Positions 54,484 through 61,665 of a DNA stretch of 64,000 nt are shown here, piece by piece. The stretch lies in assembly GCA_017554105.1 (NCBI GenBank), contig JAFZIY010000029.1:49504-113503 (forward strand), given 5' to 3'. A program made the position numbers and the translations under genes. Each line of letters opens with the position of its first letter. Positions within the stretch are counted from its first letter, which is position 1. The DNA comes from Prevotella sp. Lineage in GTDB: Bacteria; Bacteroidota; Bacteroidia; Bacteroidales; Bacteroidaceae. The notes beneath the pieces are model-generated. The model had not been told where the DNA came from. It searched no databases and saw only the letters and a list, made by a program, of their open reading frames with translations.

Positions 54484-54485
54484 AG

Positions 54486-54516
54486 CCTACCCCCAGCCCC
54501 TCCCAAAGGGAAGGGA
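54486..54516. repeat. Solo CCCC..CCCCTCCC-AAAG-GGAAGGGA hairpin unit
   Basis: cctacccccagcccctcccaaagggaaggga sits directly after the acyltransferase stop. Confidence 0.7.
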
Positions 54517-54532
54517 GAAAGTTCAAAGTCCA

Positions 54533-55204
54533 ATGCTCAAAGTTAAAAGTATACTTGCAATTCTCCTTCTTGCCGCCTGCACCACCGAGACATATGACAG
54601 TGGTGACGGCAAGTACAGCATGATGCGTGCCGACTTCGTGGAGACCCGCACCGATGCCTCGGGGGAGTTGTACTGTGCCGTTACCGATGATGCCGACTCG
54701 CTGGTGCTCTCTCCAAAGCGCACGGCGAAATGGGCAGCAACGCCCGACTCGCTTTATCGTGCATTGCTCTACTATAACGTTCCGGCATCGGGCATTGAGG
54801 TGAAGGCCATCTCGCTGACCAGCATTCCCGCTCCACGGGTGCGTCCCAAGGACGAGGTGAAGGAGATAACGACCGACCCCGTGGTGTTCAACAGTGCGTG
54901 GATGAGTCGTGAGGGACGGTACATTAACCTCGGACTGTCGTTGAAGACGGGACAGGCAGAGGGTGTTGACGAGAAGCAGACAGTGGGACTGATGTGCGAC
55001 GAGGTGACTACCGATGCCGAAGGACACAAGCACTACATGCTTACCCTGCTGCATGAGCAGAACGGAGTGCCGCAGTATTACAGCGCCGAACTCTTCGTGA
55101 GCATCGCCTCATACCGTCTTCCTGAGAAACCGGTCAAGGGCGACGAACTGACAATAAAAATCAACACATATAACGGAACGATAGAGAAGTCATTCCAGTA
55201 TTAG
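54533..55204 (+). CDS. NigD-like lipoprotein
   Basis: ATG at 54533 gives MLKVKSILAILLLAACTTETYDSGDG (lipobox). The longer ORF from 54398 reads through the repeat unit and is rejected. Confidence 0.65.
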   Translation: MLKVKSILAILLLAACTTETYDSGDGKYSMMRADFVETRTDASGELYCAVTDDADSLVLSPKRTAKWAATPDSLYRALLYYNVPASGIEVKAISLTSIPAPRVRPKDEVKEITTDPVVFNSAWMSREGRYINLGLSLKTGQAEGVDEKQTVGLMCDEVTTDAEGHKHYMLTLLHEQNGVPQYYSAELFVSIASYRLPEKPVKGDELTIKINTYNGTIEKSFQY

Positions 55205-55207
55205 TTT

Positions 55208-55588
55208 TCACACACCGTAAACGTTGCGGAGAACAAACCACAACAGCGTGAAAACAAGAAACGCGGCAAGCAGATATTTATTGGTTACTATCTCGCTGAA
55301 GCGACTGCCCTGTTTGCCGAAAAGCATGGCTGCGACAACAAATGCTATATATATGATAGCAACGGGAATCCACATGTTGAGGTGGAAGGCGGCAAGCACG
55401 TCGCCGTGGAGCAAGGCATGCAAGGCACGCTGGGAGCCGCAGCCAGGACATTTCCACCCCGTAAGGACATAGAAGCCACACTTGGGGAACACCACCTCGG
55501 TGTTGGGGTCGAACATGAAATAGACGGCAGCGAGTGCAAGAAGCACCGCTGCCGTCAGTATAATCTTATGTTTCCTATGCAGACGCAT
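55208..55588 (-). CDS. DUF2752-family membrane protein
   Basis: ATG at 55588 (MRLHRKHKIIL..). CPGCGSQRA zinc-ribbon-like motif followed by TM helices. Confidence 0.7.
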   Translation of the reverse strand: MRLHRKHKIILTAAVLLALAAVYFMFDPNTEVVFPKCGFYVLTGWKCPGCGSQRALHALLHGDVLAAFHLNMWIPVAIIYIAFVVAAMLFGKQGSRFSEIVTNKYLLAAFLVFTLLWFVLRNVYGV

Positions 55589-55595
55589 CAGAATC

Positions 55596-56144
55596 CTATT
55601 GATACTGGCTTGAGAATGCGGCAAGACCACCCAGGAATACGATATAAAGGATGAGGCCTATCACGCCGAGTATAATGAATATGACGTCCGTCCAGATTGC
55701 CCAGTTGTGGTACTTGCGCACCGTGGCTGCCTTCAGCGTCGCCATCTCATACTGTCCAACGGCATACAAGGTTTTCATCTCGTTAGCGTTGATGTAACTG
55801 ATGATGGCGAAGATGGAACCCAGCATGCAGACGGAACAACACAGGAAACCGAACACAATGAGGAAGATATTGGATGACTTATAGTCTTCGGGCATTGGCG
55901 GGATATACTCGCGCTTGCGGCTTTTCGGTTCGTATGCCTGTTGCTGTGCGCCTCCTGAGTAGTAAGGCGGTGGCGTTGGCTCGGGCTGCAGCACGTCGCT
56001 GATCTCCGGCAGGTTGCGCGCAGGAGTCCAGTCTGCCAAGCCGTCACGCCATACCGGCATGTTCGGCGTAACAAACTTGCTGCGCAGTTCCTCGTGAGAG
56101 AACGGTCCGCATTTCCTGCCATCTATGATAACGTAGTATTCCAT
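55596..56144 (-). CDS. GYF_2 (DUF4339) domain fused to a CD225/dispanin (IFITM-like) membrane domain
   Basis: MEYYVIIDGRKCGPFSHEEL...WRDGLADW, then FLCCSVC..AIISYINANEM...A..K two-TM module. Confidence 0.75.
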   Translation of the reverse strand: MEYYVIIDGRKCGPFSHEELRSKFVTPNMPVWRDGLADWTPARNLPEISDVLQPEPTPPPYYSGGAQQQAYEPKSRKREYIPPMPEDYKSSNIFLIVFGFLCCSVCMLGSIFAIISYINANEMKTLYAVGQYEMATLKAATVRKYHNWAIWTDVIFIILGVIGLILYIVFLGGLAAFSSQYQ

Positions 56145-56162
56145 ATCTTCCCTTGTGCGTTA

Positions 56163-56774
56163 TTAGTTCATCAATGTCAGAATGATGTTCAGGGCATAGA
56201 TACCGCCAACGAGAACACCCAGCACGACGTCAACGATGATTGCAATCTTGAACCATTTCTTTGCGTCAGCAGCCTTCTTCTCTGCCATATCTGTCTGTCC
56301 GATCATCCAGAACTTCTTAACCTCACCACCTGCGATGTAACCCAGGATAGCGAAGATAGCACCGATGACACCGCAGCAAAGGAAGCTTACGATGGCAAGG
56401 ATGAGGTTCTTCTGCTGGTAGTCGTCAGGAGCAGGTCCCGTAGGCTGTGCCTGTGGATTTGAAGCCGCTGGCTTAGGCTGAGCGGGCTGCTGATACTGTG
56501 GAGCAGGCTGTGGTGCTGGTGCCGGCTTTGGCTCTGGAGCAGGAGCTGGCTGTGGGATTGGTGCTGGCTGTGGGATTGGCTCTGGAGCTGGTGCCGGTGC
56601 AGCAGCAGGAGCGGTGTAGAGAGCCTGCATCACTTCAGGCAGTGTGTTAGCCTTAACCCAGTCGGTAAGTCCGTTTTTCCATACTAATGTGCTTTCAGTA
56701 ACACCCTTTGCTTTGAGTTCTTCCAGTGCGAAAGGTCCTTCTTTCACACCATTTAATACGATGTAATATTCCAT
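56163..56774 (-). CDS. GYF_2 domain / proline-rich linker / CD225-dispanin domain (tandem paralog)
   Basis: MEYYIVLNGVKEGPFALEEL..WKNGLTDW. PAPAPEPIPQPAPIPQPAPAPEPKPAPAPQP linker. FLCCGVIGAIFAILGYIAGGEV... module. Confidence 0.75.
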   Translation of the reverse strand: MEYYIVLNGVKEGPFALEELKAKGVTESTLVWKNGLTDWVKANTLPEVMQALYTAPAAAPAPAPEPIPQPAPIPQPAPAPEPKPAPAPQPAPQYQQPAQPKPAASNPQAQPTGPAPDDYQQKNLILAIVSFLCCGVIGAIFAILGYIAGGEVKKFWMIGQTDMAEKKAADAKKWFKIAIIVDVVLGVLVGGIYALNIILTLMN

Positions 56775-56827
56775 ATCAAAAAGGTTTTTGTTATTAAAAA
56801 TGTCTTCTTATTGTCGTTTCTGTGTTG

Positions 56828-56835
56828 CAAAGATA
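56828..56835 (-). promoter_or_regulatory. -7 box (TATCTTTG) for the CD225 gene pair
   Basis: Minus strand reads TATCTTTG, 54 nt upstream of ATG 56774. Confidence 0.5.
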
Positions 56836-56993
56836 GACAAAAAATATTAAGAATGAAATATTTTGTGGAAAAAGTTCTAAAAAAGACTTCTTTTATTGCA
56901 ATTAAAACAAAAAATCTTTGACATTCCCGTTAAACTTTTCTTATGTAATAACGTTTTATTAATAGAACCGTTCAATTCCTATTATTACTCTTT

Positions 56994-59900
56994 ATGAAGT
57001 CTAAGAGACACATTTTACTTTTGATTGTTATGCTCGTGATGCGAGCATTGTCTGTTTCTGCACAGCAGGAGTCTGTTACCGGACGAGTCATAGATAAGGA
57101 TTCCCGTAACGCCATGGAACTTACCACATTACAACTTTACCGTTTGAGTTCTGGCAGGAACGGCAGACAAGACACGACCTTCGTCAGTGGTGTATATACG
57201 GATAAGGACGGAAGGTTTGACTTCACTCAGGTAAAGGCCGGTTCATATCTTTTAAAAGTATCTTTCTTGGGCTATAAAGAGCAGAAGCGTACGCTGACGA
57301 AAACCAGAGGTCAGCAGTTGAGGCTCGGCGACATCCTGCTGGAGCCCGATGCCATACAGTTGAAGGAAACCGTGGTGACCGCCAACGTTCCTAAGATGGT
57401 GGTGAAGGATGACACGCTGGTATATAATGCCGATGCCTTCCGTGTGCCCGAGGGTTCGGTGATAGAGGCTCTCGTGGAGGCTCTCCCGGGTGCGAAAATC
57501 GATGATAACGGCGGCGTTACCATCAACGGCAAGAATGTAAAGAGGTTCAAGATGGACGGTCGTGACTTCATGACCGGCAACAATGATGCGGTGATGAAAA
57601 ACCTGCCCTCGTACGTGGTGGAGCAGGTGAAGGCCTACGACGAGAAGAGCGACAACGCACGACTGACGGGTATCGACGACGGCGAGGACGATTTCGTGCT
57701 GGAGTTTGTGACCAGACGAAATGCCAGAAACGGTCTGCAGATGAATCCTGACGTGGGCATCGGTACCCACGGAAGATATGGTATTAGACTCACCGCTATG
57801 AAACCAATGGGTGCCGTGAGATATACCTTCATGGGAAATGCCAACAACGTGAACGACCGTAACTTCACGGGCAGGGGCGGTAGAGGACGAGGCAACAACA
57901 ATGGTCTTCGCCACACGAAGACTGCCGCGCTCGATGTCAGTTACGAGAACAACAAGAACCTGAAGATAAGTGGTCGCGTGACATGGTCGCACAGCAATGT
58001 CGATGACTGGAGCCACTCTAACTCGGAGAGTTTCGTAATTACCCGGGGCGGTGCCTTCTCCAGCAGTATGAACCAGAACTTCTCAAGGAACAACAACTGG
58101 ACCGGGAACATGAACCTGCAGTGGAACATCGACTCGCTGACAACCCTTTCGTTCCGTCCAAACATCAATATCTCGACCAACGATGGCAGGGGTTTCTCCA
58201 GGTCGGCATCATACAGCGACAATCCCTTTGATTCTGGCGTTGACCCGTTGAGTGACGAAGGCATGGCGTATTTCGATGGCTTGGACATGATACTTAACGG
58301 AAACAACAGTAAGTCGATGAGTTACGGCAGTAACAAGAACCTCCGTTCGCAACTGCAACTCTTCCGACGCCTGAACCGTAAGGGACGTAACATCTCAATC
58401 AACTCCAACATAAACTATCGTGACGGCAGGAATAAGAACGCTAACCTGTCGGCGGTGACGCTCTTTCAGCAGAAAGACCAGTATGGCAACGACTCCACCT
58501 ATCAGACTAACCGATATACAGTCTCTCCCACAGACAACTTCAGTTGGTCGTTAGGTGCCACCTATACCGAGCCTCTCTACATCTTCAAGACAAAGCCGGC
58601 ACAGCAGGAGGAACGCCCAAACAGAGGATATGGCGGTTTTGACGGAGGTCGCGGTGGTGATCGCGGCGGACGCGGAGGTGGTGGCTTCGGTGGTGGTCGT
58701 GGCGGCGGTCGCCGTATGGTGGGCCAGGAGGGTGTCTTCCTCATCACAAACTACCGCTATAACTACAACCACCAGAAGAGTGACCCTTCCACATACGACT
58801 TCCCCAGATTCGATGACGAGGCTTTCAACGATGTACTGCAGGAGTACCGCGACTGGACACGTCTCTTCGGTTATCTGGACAATCCTTATGAGTCATATCT
58901 CTCAAGAGACCTCAGCCGTTATTCCGAGCGTACGGAGTACACCCATGAAATGGGAATGCAACTGCGCATCTCACGACAGAAGTACAACATGAACGTCGGC
59001 GTGTCGGTACAGCCGCAGCGCTCACATTACATTCAGCAATACCTGGGACACCCCGTGGATACTGTCAGGAACGTGACGAACATCTCGCCTACGCTGAATC
59101 TGCGCTATCGTTTTAACGAGCAGTCAAACCTTCAGGTGACTCTTCGCGGACAGACGCAGCAGCCGAACATCACACAGTTGCTGGATATCTATGACGACAC
59201 CAACCCACTGTCTATCACTATGGGTAATCCGGGACTGAAGCCGTCGTTTACCACTAATCTGAATGCCAACCTGCAGATGCAGCGGCGCTATAAACTGGTG
59301 GAGGACAGTCTGGGATACACGGTGCCGAAGGCACAACGTCACTGGAGTTTCAATGCCAACGGTAGTTTCCAGCGCACCAGCAACTCCATCGGCAATATCG
59401 TCACATATAATGAGACCACCGGTGGACGCATAAGCCGGCCGGAGAACATCAACGGCAACTGGAGCGTCAATGGTGGTGCTGCGTTCAACATCAACCTCGA
59501 CACTCTGAACCGATGGGACGTGAGCGGTTCAATCAGAGGTAGTTACGACCATCGTGTGGCCTTTGTGAACCTGAATCGTACCGCCACTGCCGAAAGGAAT
59601 GTGACACACTCCTATAACCTGTCGCCAGAGGTGTCGCTGAGTTACCGTAACAGTTGGCTGAACCTGTCACTCAACGGAAGGACCACCTATGCACGCACGG
59701 AAAACCGACTCCAGGCATCGAACAACCTGACCACATGGAACTTCTCATACGGCGGGAACGCCAGGGTTACTTTCCCGTGGGGCACTAACCTTTCGACAGA
59801 TATCCACATGTTCAGCCGTCGAGGTTATAGCGATGCCACGCTGAACACCAACGAACTGATATGGAACGCCCAGCTGTCGCACAGTTTCCTGCGTGGCAAG

Positions 59901-60197
59901 CAACTGACGGTGATGCTGCAGTGGTATGACATCTTGCACCAGCAGTCCACATTCTCACGTAACGTCAATGCCAATGGATGGACGGACCGTGAGGTGAATG
60001 CCATCACGTCGTATGCTATGCTTCACGTCAGTTACCGACTGAATCTCTTTGGTGGAGGTGGGAATGGTCGTGGTGAAGGTCGTGGTGAAGGTCGTGGTGA
60101 CCGCAGGGGTCGCTTCAATGGTCCTCCCGGTGGTGGCTTCCCCGGTGGCGGTTTCCCGGGAGGTGGAGGCGGCTTCCCCGGTGGTGGTCCGATGTAG
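56994..60197 (+). CDS. Outer-membrane beta-barrel protein (CarboxypepD_reg domain, plug-like domain, large barrel) with Gly/Arg-rich insert and tail
   Basis: Signal peptide. VTGRVIDKDSRNAME..GRFDF..GSYLLKVSFLGY. Plug-like VVTANVP..EALPGAKIDDNGGVTINGK. Barrel ends ..HVSYRLNLF, then 48 aa of G/R/E/P/F. Confidence 0.8.
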   Translation: MKSKRHILLLIVMLVMRALSVSAQQESVTGRVIDKDSRNAMELTTLQLYRLSSGRNGRQDTTFVSGVYTDKDGRFDFTQVKAGSYLLKVSFLGYKEQKRTLTKTRGQQLRLGDILLEPDAIQLKETVVTANVPKMVVKDDTLVYNADAFRVPEGSVIEALVEALPGAKIDDNGGVTINGKNVKRFKMDGRDFMTGNNDAVMKNLPSYVVEQVKAYDEKSDNARLTGIDDGEDDFVLEFVTRRNARNGLQMNPDVGIGTHGRYGIRLTAMKPMGAVRYTFMGNANNVNDRNFTGRGGRGRGNNNGLRHTKTAALDVSYENNKNLKISGRVTWSHSNVDDWSHSNSESFVITRGGAFSSSMNQNFSRNNNWTGNMNLQWNIDSLTTLSFRPNINISTNDGRGFSRSASYSDNPFDSGVDPLSDEGMAYFDGLDMILNGNNSKSMSYGSNKNLRSQLQLFRRLNRKGRNISINSNINYRDGRNKNANLSAVTLFQQKDQYGNDSTYQTNRYTVSPTDNFSWSLGATYTEPLYIFKTKPAQQEERPNRGYGGFDGGRGGDRGGRGGGGFGGGRGGGRRMVGQEGVFLITNYRYNYNHQKSDPSTYDFPRFDDEAFNDVLQEYRDWTRLFGYLDNPYESYLSRDLSRYSERTEYTHEMGMQLRISRQKYNMNVGVSVQPQRSHYIQQYLGHPVDTVRNVTNISPTLNLRYRFNEQSNLQVTLRGQTQQPNITQLLDIYDDTNPLSITMGNPGLKPSFTTNLNANLQMQRRYKLVEDSLGYTVPKAQRHWSFNANGSFQRTSNSIGNIVTYNETTGGRISRPENINGNWSVNGGAAFNINLDTLNRWDVSGSIRGSYDHRVAFVNLNRTATAERNVTHSYNLSPEVSLSYRNSWLNLSLNGRTTYARTENRLQASNNLTTWNFSYGGNARVTFPWGTNLSTDIHMFSRRGYSDATLNTNELIWNAQLSHSFLRGKQLTVMLQWYDILHQQSTFSRNVNANGWTDREVNAITSYAMLHVSYRLNLFGGGGNGRGEGRGEGRGDRRGRFNGPPGGGFPGGGFPGGGGGFPGGGPM

Positions 60198-60224
60198 TCA
60201 GTAACATAATAAAAGAATACAGTT

Positions 60225-60812
60225 ATGGAGAAATTTCAATTGATGGCTTTGCCATATTCTGATGATGCGCTGGAACCCGTTATCAGTAAGGAGACAATAG
60301 GTTTCCATCATGGGAAGCACCTGTTGGCGTATGTGAATAATCTGAATGGACTGCTGCCTGGAAGCGGTTTTGAGGAGGCAACGTTGGAAGACATTGTCTG
60401 CAATGCCACAGGTGGTATTCTTAACAATGCAGGACAGATTCTGAACCACGAGTTGTATTTCCAGCAGTTTGCTGCACCGAGGGCTGACAATAAGCCCTTT
60501 GGTCGTGTCGCTGAGGATATTACCCGTGACTTTGGTTCGTTCGAGGCATTCAAGGATGAGTTCCAGAAGAAGGGTGCCACACTCTTCGGCTCTGGCTGGG
60601 TGTGGTTGTCAGCAGACAAGGAAGGGAAACTGGTTATCACGCAGGAGACGAATGCAGCCAATCCTATCCAGAGAGGTTTGAAACCCTTGCTGACATTTGA
60701 CGTATGGGAGCATGCCTACTATCTGGACTATCAGAACCGTCGTCCTGACCATCTGTCCGCTCTTTGGCAGATTGTCAACTGGGAAGTTATAGAGAACCGC
60801 TATCAACAGTAG
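60225..60812 (+). CDS. sodB: Fe/Mn superoxide dismutase
   Basis: LPYSDDALEPVISKETIGFHHGKHL, FGSGWVWL, DVWEHAYYLDYQNRR. Confidence 0.95.
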   Translation: MEKFQLMALPYSDDALEPVISKETIGFHHGKHLLAYVNNLNGLLPGSGFEEATLEDIVCNATGGILNNAGQILNHELYFQQFAAPRADNKPFGRVAEDITRDFGSFEAFKDEFQKKGATLFGSGWVWLSADKEGKLVITQETNAANPIQRGLKPLLTFDVWEHAYYLDYQNRRPDHLSALWQIVNWEVIENRYQQ

Positions 60813-60837
60813 GCTATAGCGATGCCATAGCCTTTAT

Positions 60838-60877
60838 ACAAAAATCCCGACATAGGCCAAAACCTTTTGTCGGGATT
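60838..60877 (-). terminator. Intrinsic terminator after tRNA-Phe
   Basis: Minus strand: AATCCCGACAaaaggttttggcctaTGTCGGGATT followed by TTTTG. Confidence 0.55.
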
Positions 60878-60886
60878 AAAAGTATG

Positions 60887-60959
60887 TGGTACCTCCAGGA
60901 ATCGAACCGGGGACACACGGATTTTCAGTCCGATGCTCTACCAACTGAGCTAAGGCACC
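60887..60959 (-). tRNA. tRNA-Phe (GAA)
   Basis: Hand-folded from the minus strand: GGTGCCTTAGCTCAGTTGGTAGAGCATCGGACTGAAAATCCGTGTGTCCCCGGTTCGATTCCTGGAGGTACCA. Anticodon loop is CTGAAAA. Oddities: a C51-U63 mismatch in the T-stem, a G4-U69 wobble, and CCA not encoded. Confidence 0.88.
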
Positions 60960-60993
60960 ATCAAAATTAGTGCTCCATTTATGAAAGCGGGTG

Positions 60994-61001
60994 CAAAGAT
61001 A
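60994..61001 (-). promoter_or_regulatory. -7 box (TATCTTTG) for tRNA-Phe
   Basis: Minus strand reads TATCTTTG, 35 nt upstream of the tRNA 5' end. Confidence 0.5.
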
Positions 61002-61075
61002 GTACATAATAATTGATTGGGCAAGTTTTTATCTAAAATTCTTCCCAAAAATGCACGCAATTCATTTTTTCTTTC

Positions 61076-61083
61076 TACCTTTG
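61076..61083 (+). promoter_or_regulatory. -7 box (TACCTTTG) for tRNA-Pro
   Basis: TACCTTTG lies 30 nt upstream of the tRNA 5' end. The leader forms a 9-bp hairpin TTGCATTCG/CGAATGCAA. Confidence 0.5.
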
Positions 61084-61112
61084 CATTCGATTTCTGAAAA
61101 ACGAATGCAAAT

Positions 61113-61185
61113 CGGGATGTAGCGCAGTTGGTAGCGCACTACGTTCGGGACGTAGGGGTCGGGCGTTCGAGTCGCCTCATCCCGA
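61113..61185 (+). tRNA. tRNA-Pro (CGG)
   Basis: CGGGATGTAGCGCAGTTGGTAGCGCACTACGTTCGGGACGTAGGGGTCGGGCGTTCGAGTCGCCTCATCCCGA. Clean cloverleaf, anticodon loop TTCGGGA. Confidence 0.95.
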
Positions 61186-61190
61186 CAGAA

Positions 61191-61228
61191 GACGGCAATT
61201 GAGACTTTCACTTGCCGCCTTTTCTTTT
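61191..61228 (+). terminator. Hairpin plus T-run after tRNA-Pro
   Basis: GACGGCAA-ttgagactttcac-TTGCCGCC followed by TTTTCTTTTCC. Confidence 0.45.
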
Positions 61229-61360
61229 CCTTTCCTTTCATGTAACTGTTTTATTTCTTAGCACCCCTCACAAGAAATATATATAGTATAGTTTTAGGTC
61301 AAGGACAAGTGCAAGAATATACAGCCGAATAATGATTTTATGCTAACTAGTTTGCAAGAG

Positions 61361-61443
61361 ATATCAAATCGCTGAACAAAGTTAATAAGATTGTTCAACA
61401 AAGTTAATAACATTGTCGAACAAAGTTAATAACATTGTTACCC
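61361..61443. repeat. Dispersed element, copy C: three direct 22-bp repeats (GAACAAAGTTAATAAGATTGTT-type)
   Basis: Units at 61374-61395, 61396-61417 and 61418-61439. The left flank ATATCAAATCGCT matches copy A (ATATCAAATGGCT). Confidence 0.8.
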
Positions 61444-61551
61444 ATTTTTTATACCCTTTTGTAACTCGTTTGGTATCAATGACTTAGAAATAGGGGTAAA
61501 AACCATTCCAAAACATCGTTTATTTATGCATATTTTGACATAATGGGAAAA

Positions 61552-61594
61552 GGAAAAAAGAACGTGAGTTCGATGCTTTATCCGAACTCACGTT
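61552..61594 (-). terminator. Intrinsic terminator after asnB
   Basis: 12-bp stem AACGTGAGTTCG/CGAACTCACGTT. On the minus strand it is followed by CTTTTTTCC. Confidence 0.6.
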
Positions 61595-61603
61595 TGTTAT
61601 AGA

Positions 61604-61639
61604 CCCCACCCCTTTCCCCTCCCCTTGAGGGGCGGGGAG
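61604..61639. repeat. Solo CCCCACCCC..CCCCTCCCC-TTGA-GGGGCGGGGAG hairpin unit
   Basis: ccccacccctttcccctccccttgaggggcggggag sits between the asnB stop and its terminator. Confidence 0.7.
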
Positions 61640-61665
61640 TCGTTAGTGCGGGATTTGTTTAATGC

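Noticed and set aside
54398-54532. N-terminal extension of the NigD-like ORF (..AYPQPLPKGREKVQSP)
   Set aside because: It overlaps the acyltransferase 3' end and reads through the hairpin repeat unit. The lipoprotein signal starts at ATG 54533.
57252-58016. 254-aa minus-strand ORF
   Set aside because: It is antisense inside the outer-membrane barrel gene.
60887-60959. tRNA-Phe as a possible pseudogene because of the C51-U63 T-stem mismatch
   Set aside because: All other stems, conserved D- and T-loop residues, and its own promoter and terminator are intact. A single mismatch is compatible with function. I cannot exclude a reading error without tRNAscan-SE.
61374-61439. Possible CRISPR array (three 22-bp direct repeats)
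   Set aside because: The repeats are contiguous with no spacers, too short and too few, and there are no cas genes in the window.
61113-61665. Integrative element at tRNA-Pro
   Set aside because: There is no integrase or excisionase, and I found no duplicated tRNA 3' segment. The downstream gene is housekeeping asnB.
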